From positions 1 through 64,000 of the forward strand of contig NW_020843882.1 in assembly GCF_003704095.1 (NCBI RefSeq): DNA of 64,000 nucleotides. The letters are read 5' to 3'. This document shows positions 58,061 through 64,000 of the stretch, piece after piece (the stretch's first letter is position 1; every line of letters starts with the position of its first letter). Position numbers and translations under genes: made by a program. The notes below the pieces were generated by a model. The model searched no databases. It worked only from the letters and a program-made list of their open reading frames with translations, and was not told where the DNA came from. The DNA comes from Pocillopora damicornis (lineage: Eukaryota).

Positions 58061-59789
58061 TTATTACATCCATTTTGAAATCACCCAAATAGAGGACTTG
58101 GTCAGTTCAAATGTTTTATCAGATGTAGTATTGAGTTGGTCTGAAATTAAATTCATCATTTTTGGAGGGGAAAAAGCAAGAGTTTTGAAACAAAAGTTGC
58201 AAAATGATACTCTTTGTCTTTCATTTTCTTGCAATGTGATTGGTAACTTTAAATAAGCCTTGAAATCTGATTGCTTGTTTTCTTTTTAGTTGAACCTCCT
58301 CATTGGCTGGGAAAAAGGTGTGATTTAAAGCAAAAAATGGTGCGATTCGTGAATAAATCGCACCCATTAGAGCCAATCAGATTACAGGGACCACTAGTGA
58401 TTTCAAAATGGGCGTAATAAAAATGTAAATCAAATTAGCTTCAATCACTGATTCTGTCGTACTTCGAGGCAAATTTTATTAGTTTTGTCTTCGAGCATTT
58501 CGAGAGTTTTGAAAAACCTTTATCTCTGAAACCTGTTGTATATTAAACGAGTGATATGTATTATTAATTAAGTATATCATTCTTATAAACAAACCGTTTA
58601 GTGTTTATTTTAAAGTATCAAAATACTTGCGTGTGTTGAAATTGATTACTTCAGATAACCTTCCTGTCAGCCAACGCTCAGATATACCTCCTAGTCAAGT
58701 CAACAAGATGGCGTCCTTTAGAAAAATGTATGACCACAGGCGTCTCCAAGCTCACGTTTCGAGAAAAAGCAAACTATTAATTCATGAAAGCGTCACGCGT
58801 TGTGTGACTCGGCATTAAGTTACAAGAGGAACCGTTGAACACGTTATAAGGAATAGAGTGGGGAACGAAATATGGTCGATTTACCTCGTCGGATAAATAT
58901 TTCGAAATATCAACATTTTACACGTAAAATCAATAACACTTTCTCACATCTTGTGTGTCCGTCATATTTTCTGGCGATTTCTGCCGTTTTAGCTTGCTCT
59001 AACGGCATTGTTATTCCTGTCATAAGATGAAGTCATGGCTGCACACTCCGATTTCGACCGTTGTCCACGCGGTGGTGGTTTGCGCCCCGAAAATCCCCCC
59101 ATCAGCATTTTTTTTCAGCTATAGTTTACGATCAGCCTGGTTTACGATCTAAGATCATTGCACCCTGGGACATGTCTCTATACCAAAACTCCATGCGCAT
59201 TTCGCTGAAAACGAGCGTTTTCTACCTGCATTTCCAAGTTCGCTTCTCTTTGGCTATACTCTAGATAACCAGACTGGATAATTTTCTCCTTATTATGAGT
59301 ACTTACCCCTTCCCACAGCGACACCTCGCCTAAGTCACGTAAAGCTACACCAGATAAACAACGGACAAAATTTGATTATTCTATGGAGTTTGCTGTGAGC
59401 ATTTAAGCTTGAATTATTTTCGCCAAAAAACTGTCGAAGGGGAAGAGATGCGGTGAAATTGACAGAAATTGTCGATTTCCTAGAAAAGATTTCTATTTAC
59501 AGTTTCTTTGTTATAGGCATGAATTCAAGTGAGCTAACGAATACTTATATTTAATTGACACAAGAGTTTTTTTTTTTCCACCGAGCTGTTAAAATGCTTC
59601 GATAGGGTTGTGATCAGCTCCATTTAAGTATGGTTGATTATGCTTGTGCCTTGGCGAGCATTTGTATGAAGAGAGGACATGTTCGGAGGCATACCACTCA
59701 CAAAAGGCATTGACCGTTGTGAAGTCATTCTTTTTAAAATAAATAAATAAATAAATAAACAGTCGCTTTTTAATCTCCCTTTTGTTAAG

Positions 59790-60436
59790 AGAGAGAATGG
59801 TTTTATTTGTCGATGAAACTGAATTAAATTTATGCGCAGTAGCAGACAATGTAAATAGAAATCGCCTCTAAGAGTCTACTTTTTTTTCTCTGAAACTCAT
59901 GAAGTTTTTAAACGCGCGATCAACCTCTTTGGTCAGTGAAAACTAAATTACATCTATGCACAGTAGCAGACAGTGTAAACAGAGATCACCAATTAGAGTC
60001 TATTATATTTTTCTTGGAAACCCAGGAAGTTTTGAAACGCGAGGGAGAGAATGGTTTTATTTGTCGATGAAACTGAATTAAATTTATGCGCGGTAGCAGA
60101 CAATGCCAACAGAACTCGCCACTAAGAGTCTATTTTTTTCGTGGAAACTCATGAAGTTTTTAAACGTGTGATCAACCTCTTTGGTCAGTGAAAACTGAAT
60201 TAAATGTATGCACAGTAGAATACAATGTAAACAGAAATCGCCAATCAGAGTCTATTTTTTTTTCTTGGAAACCCAGGAAGTTTTAAACATGCGATCAACC
60301 TCTTTGGTCAGTGAAAACTGAATTAAATTTATGCACAGTTGAAGACAATGTAAACAGAAATCGCCAATCAGAGTTTATTTTTTTTTTTCTTGGAAACCCA
60401 GGAAGTTTTTAAACTTGCGATCAACCTCTTTGGTCC
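59790..60436. repeat. Tandem array of ~123-bp units (~5.2 copies) just upstream of the SID-1 start codon
   Basis: Recurring tgaaa(a)ctgaattaaatttatgc.cagtagcagacaatgtaaacagaaatcgcc....agagtcta-T-run-ggaaac.ca.gaagtttttaaac, with two unit variants. Confidence 0.9.
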
Positions 60437-60483
60437 ATACTGAGAAAAAGGCGAAGTCGAGTTTCTTTAGCGGAAATTTCAGG

Positions 60484-63400
60484 ATGCTCCTTTCTGCAGT
60501 TCTTCTGTTTTCAGTTTTAATTTTCATCCCACATTTCCCATTTGGTGCTCACGCTAAGCTGCACGTAGACTGCACCTTCGAACGAATAAAATCATGGACG
60601 ACTGCCCAGAATACTTCGGCTCCATCACTGAGGTTTAGGGGACAGCTTCCTTCTTCAAAAAAGAGTCACACTTGCCTTGTGAAGACAAATGAGACAAACC
60701 GACTGATTTATTTGAAAGCCAAAAGAGACGAGTGGTCCAAAGGTGAGTCAGAATTTTCTTTCATTTCCATGATAAAACTTTTGAGTTTTCCAATAAATAT
60801 TAATTTCACAAGCTTTCTCTGTGGTTCTCCGCCTTTATTTCGTCCTTTGAATCATTTCTTCTTCGCCGGGAGGAGCCGGGAAGAGTATCGAATCCGTATC
60901 TCTGGGATACAAAAAATATCACAGCGATGCATGCAGCACAACTACTGAGCTATGGGTCAATGAAGATGATAAAATATTCCATAACTTCTATTTTATTCAC
61001 TGATACAGTTTAAGAATCCATCACTTTTGAGTGCAATCGCAGTATAGCCTGGATGATGAACTTCTTTCATCTATCTACTCGGAAAACTCTTATTTAGCAA
61101 CGCACAAATTTAAGAGCTCTATCCAGGTGCCGATTGATATGTGGACTGTATGTTGAAGAGCTCACGAGGAAAAGTACAATGATAGAGCAATGATTAATTT
61201 TATACCAACTGAGGACAAACGCAAATGCGCGGCTTGCCAATATGGCTACCTCTGATGTTTTTCCGTGTGGTCACAGCATGCGTTGAAATGAACCCGCTAC
61301 AGGTTCCCCAGGTGTGAACATTTCGGCTTCTCGATTCAAGTTGCATTTTCAGAAGTTCGGAAATGTTATTTGAGGTTATTATTATTAATTATTATTTATT
61401 AAACCATATAAACATTTCATTTCTTTCCACGTGAGTTTCTGAGCTTCATCGAAATTAATTTTGACTTTCACTAAGTCGGGAGGGGTAGTATGCGAGATTA
61501 CTTCCGTTCGCGGTCCACAATGCAACTTCCGTCCACGGTCGACAACTTCCGTCAACATCTGCTCCACGACAATACCTCATTCATTGCTTTCAGCATGAAT
61601 GAGCTAAAAAGGTGACCGAAATTCTACCTGTAAGATAACACTGCTAGAAGGAATAACAAATGACCAACTTACTTTTTCTAATTTCTTTTATTGACTGGCT
61701 TATGCTAATATATTATTTCCATTCATTTTCCAACATCAATATAAGGAAACCCAAACAATGCTTTTAGATTAGATATATTTCTACTTTTATCGTTTAACGA
61801 ATAAACATAGAATAAACATTCCAGAAGTGCCACGATACCGTCTCACTTTATCTACATTCAACACAATTTATTCTGACTGTGAATATATGAAAATCATGTA
61901 TATGAACTGAGGATAAAGACGTGAATACAAAAGCGATCTTCGCACCAATGAACATTACTTGAGCAGTAGTGAAAATAAGGCCTGAAAAAATTCAGGTCTG
62001 TACGGGAATTGAACCCATGACCTCTGCAATACCGGTGCAGTGCTCTACCAACTGAGCTAACAAGCCAACTGGGAGCTGATTATTATGTTGGTTCCATATA
62101 ACTCCGTGAAGTGATAAATAAATGACTGTGAATATGTGAAAACTTATATGAATTTTATCTGTAGTTCACAGTCTGTTTAGACTAACGTGTTTTTAAACAA
62201 ATTTTCGCCTCATTTAGTACAGCATTAACTGACACAGTATAAGATTCCGTCACTTTTGAATACAATCGCAGCCTAGATGATGAAGTCGCTTCATCTATCT
62301 ACTTGGAAAACTCTAACTTAGCAACGCATAAATTTAAGGGCTCTATTCAAGTGCTAATTAGTGCTTTATAGAATAAACATTACAGATGCGCTGTGATACC
62401 GTCCCACTTTATCTGCATTCAACAGAACGAGTGTTTTAACAAATTTTTTTCTCATTTGGTACAGCATTAACTAAATTCGGAATCGTCTTTTTTTTTGCTT
62501 CAAGGTTCACTGCACGTCTCTGCCTATGAAGAAGACGAGGGATCCTTGCTAACTAGCCATCTTGGTATATCAACGTCTGAAGCTGGATGGAGAAGTTTGC
62601 CTTTCTGTCCAACCAAGGGTAAGGTTAGGGGAAGGCATTTATTGTTTTCAGGCACAGATGGCGTTGGTTTCATGGCGGAAATGCAACAAGAAAGAGGCAT
62701 TGAATTAGATGTCCCAGTGCCGGTTAAACTGAGTGCAAAGGATACTTATCCAGCTGTTTATCAGTTCATTCCAGCAGAAGACATTTCAAGCACACAACTT
62801 GACATAACTGTCACTTCTGAGTCTGATGACGTACCAGCTTACTTAAAAGTATCACGTAACTGTAAGGATGTCAAAGACAACATTAACGTTGTGGACTATA
62901 AAGGAGAGTCAATCCGTCTGTCGTTCGCCAAAAGGGGACGGATTACTTTGTCCAAGTTCTCCACTCCACCTTTGACCGCCTCCTCTTCCAGTTGGTTCAT
63001 TGGGATTGCAATTAAAAACGCCGCTGGCGAAACTTCCCCTAAAGCCACAAAGACAGTTGAATTGACTTTGACGAGATCATTTGATTACTCATACGCTCAT
63101 CCATTGTGGATTTCGCAACTTGTAATCAATGTTTTAGGTGGTGTTGCTATTTCTCTTTTGGCATGGTTTATTTTTAGAGTGAGAGATTGCGAGAAGTGCA
63201 AGAAGTGCATAAAGGGAAAAAGTAATAGTACTCCGGATAATTTTAGTTTAAGTATAACCCCCGGTGAATTTTTCTCAGCTATGCTGGCCGTTCTGTTTAT
63301 TCATTCGTTTAGTCGGGGTCCCAAAACGTACTCTTACATCACAATTATTGTCGGTTCGGTTTTAATGGTGGGTTCATTCCAGTTTGTCTTTGCAGACTGG

Positions 63401-64000
63401 TATTTAATGATTCAAGAGGGCGACAGAGATCACTGTTATTATAACGATTTCTGTTATCGAGTGCGCTATGCTGATATTCCCTATAATTTAATTGTTAGTA
63501 ATATTATTTACGTCTCGCAAGGCTTGATATTAGCTATAAATGTTCTTTGCATGGAGTCAGAGGTACTTGCTCGATGTACAAAACTTGCCAAGGAACAAGG
63601 AAAAAAGCTGAAACCAAATGAGGAAGAAGAGCACGCAAAACCACATTTTAAACGCGAAAAGAAAGAAATGAAAAAGAAACTACTAGAAGAGGAAAAGGGG
63701 GAGCAGAAATCAAGAGATACAAATGAAATAAAGGTGCAAGATGGAAGAGAGAATAGAGATAGAACGAGCGAGGATCAGGATCATTCTACAAAAATTGAAT
63801 CCCACGAAAGGTTACCTAATCACGTGTTAAGATGTCCCGATATTTCGCTTCATTTCAGAAAAATGCATGTTCCCAGAGATACCGAATCTCCTGACGAAAT
63901 GTTTCCTGCAGCAATTAAAAAGAAGTATAACTTTTCTTTGGGCTACGCTCAAGCCTGGGCCTTGTTGTTTGTAGGGGCATTTTCAGCACTTTATCATCTC
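60484..64000 (+). CDS. SID-1 family (SIDT) transmembrane protein, partial (continues beyond window)
   Basis: Exon 1 is 60484-60742 (signal peptide MLLSAVLLFSVLIFIPHFPFGAHA; donor G|GTGAGT). Exon 2 starts at 62505 (polypyrimidine-AAG acceptor, phase 1) and is open for 498 codons to the window end. Motifs GDRDHCYYNDFC...IPYNLIVSNIIY and AWALLFVGAFSALYHL. Missing from the ORF track because it has no stop in the window. Confidence 0.85.
61877..62150 (-). repeat. Interspersed repeat with internal tRNA-like segment (copy 2), in the SID-1 intron
   Basis: Matches 32761-33005. Bounded by a direct repeat tgactgtgaatat.tgaaaa. Confidence 0.75.

Noticed and set aside
59790-60436. CRISPR-like array
   Set aside because: Units are contiguous ~123-bp repeats with no unique spacers, there are no cas genes, and the context is eukaryotic.

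Overview
AT-rich, intron-containing animal genomic DNA. The repeat families and gene content suggest a stony coral or other anthozoan; this is inference. The window has four N gaps (10995-11094, 22320-22329, 45482-45840, 55661-55760). Gene models were built by hand from GT-AG splice sites and frame continuity. In order: HHAT (10 coding exons, +); a tandem trio of two-exon secreted prepro-proteins, each ending after a KR/RQKR site in a 14-Cys peptide with a PLA2-like C-x-x-H-D-x-C motif (+); intronless TSEN34 (-); an intronless 1045-aa SH3 + DC-STAMP/DCST-like protein (-); MED17 (14 exons, +); two tandem five-exon genes, each encoding two fused muconolactone-isomerase-like domains (-); an intronless class A GPCR (-); a D-2-hydroxyacid dehydrogenase (+); a SID-1 pseudogene; and an intron-poor SID-1 gene running off the window end (+). 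Mobile DNA includes a decayed Kolobok transposon (TTAA TSD, TIRs, THAP and KolX remnants) in the intron of the second Cys-rich gene, TTAA piggyBac-type MITEs, other MITEs, tRNA-derived SINE-like repeats and a ~123-bp tandem array. The best candidates for undescribed biology are the 14-Cys precursor cluster, the bacterial-like double muconolactone-isomerase genes and the SH3-DCST fusion. No database searches were run; family assignments rest on recalled motifs.
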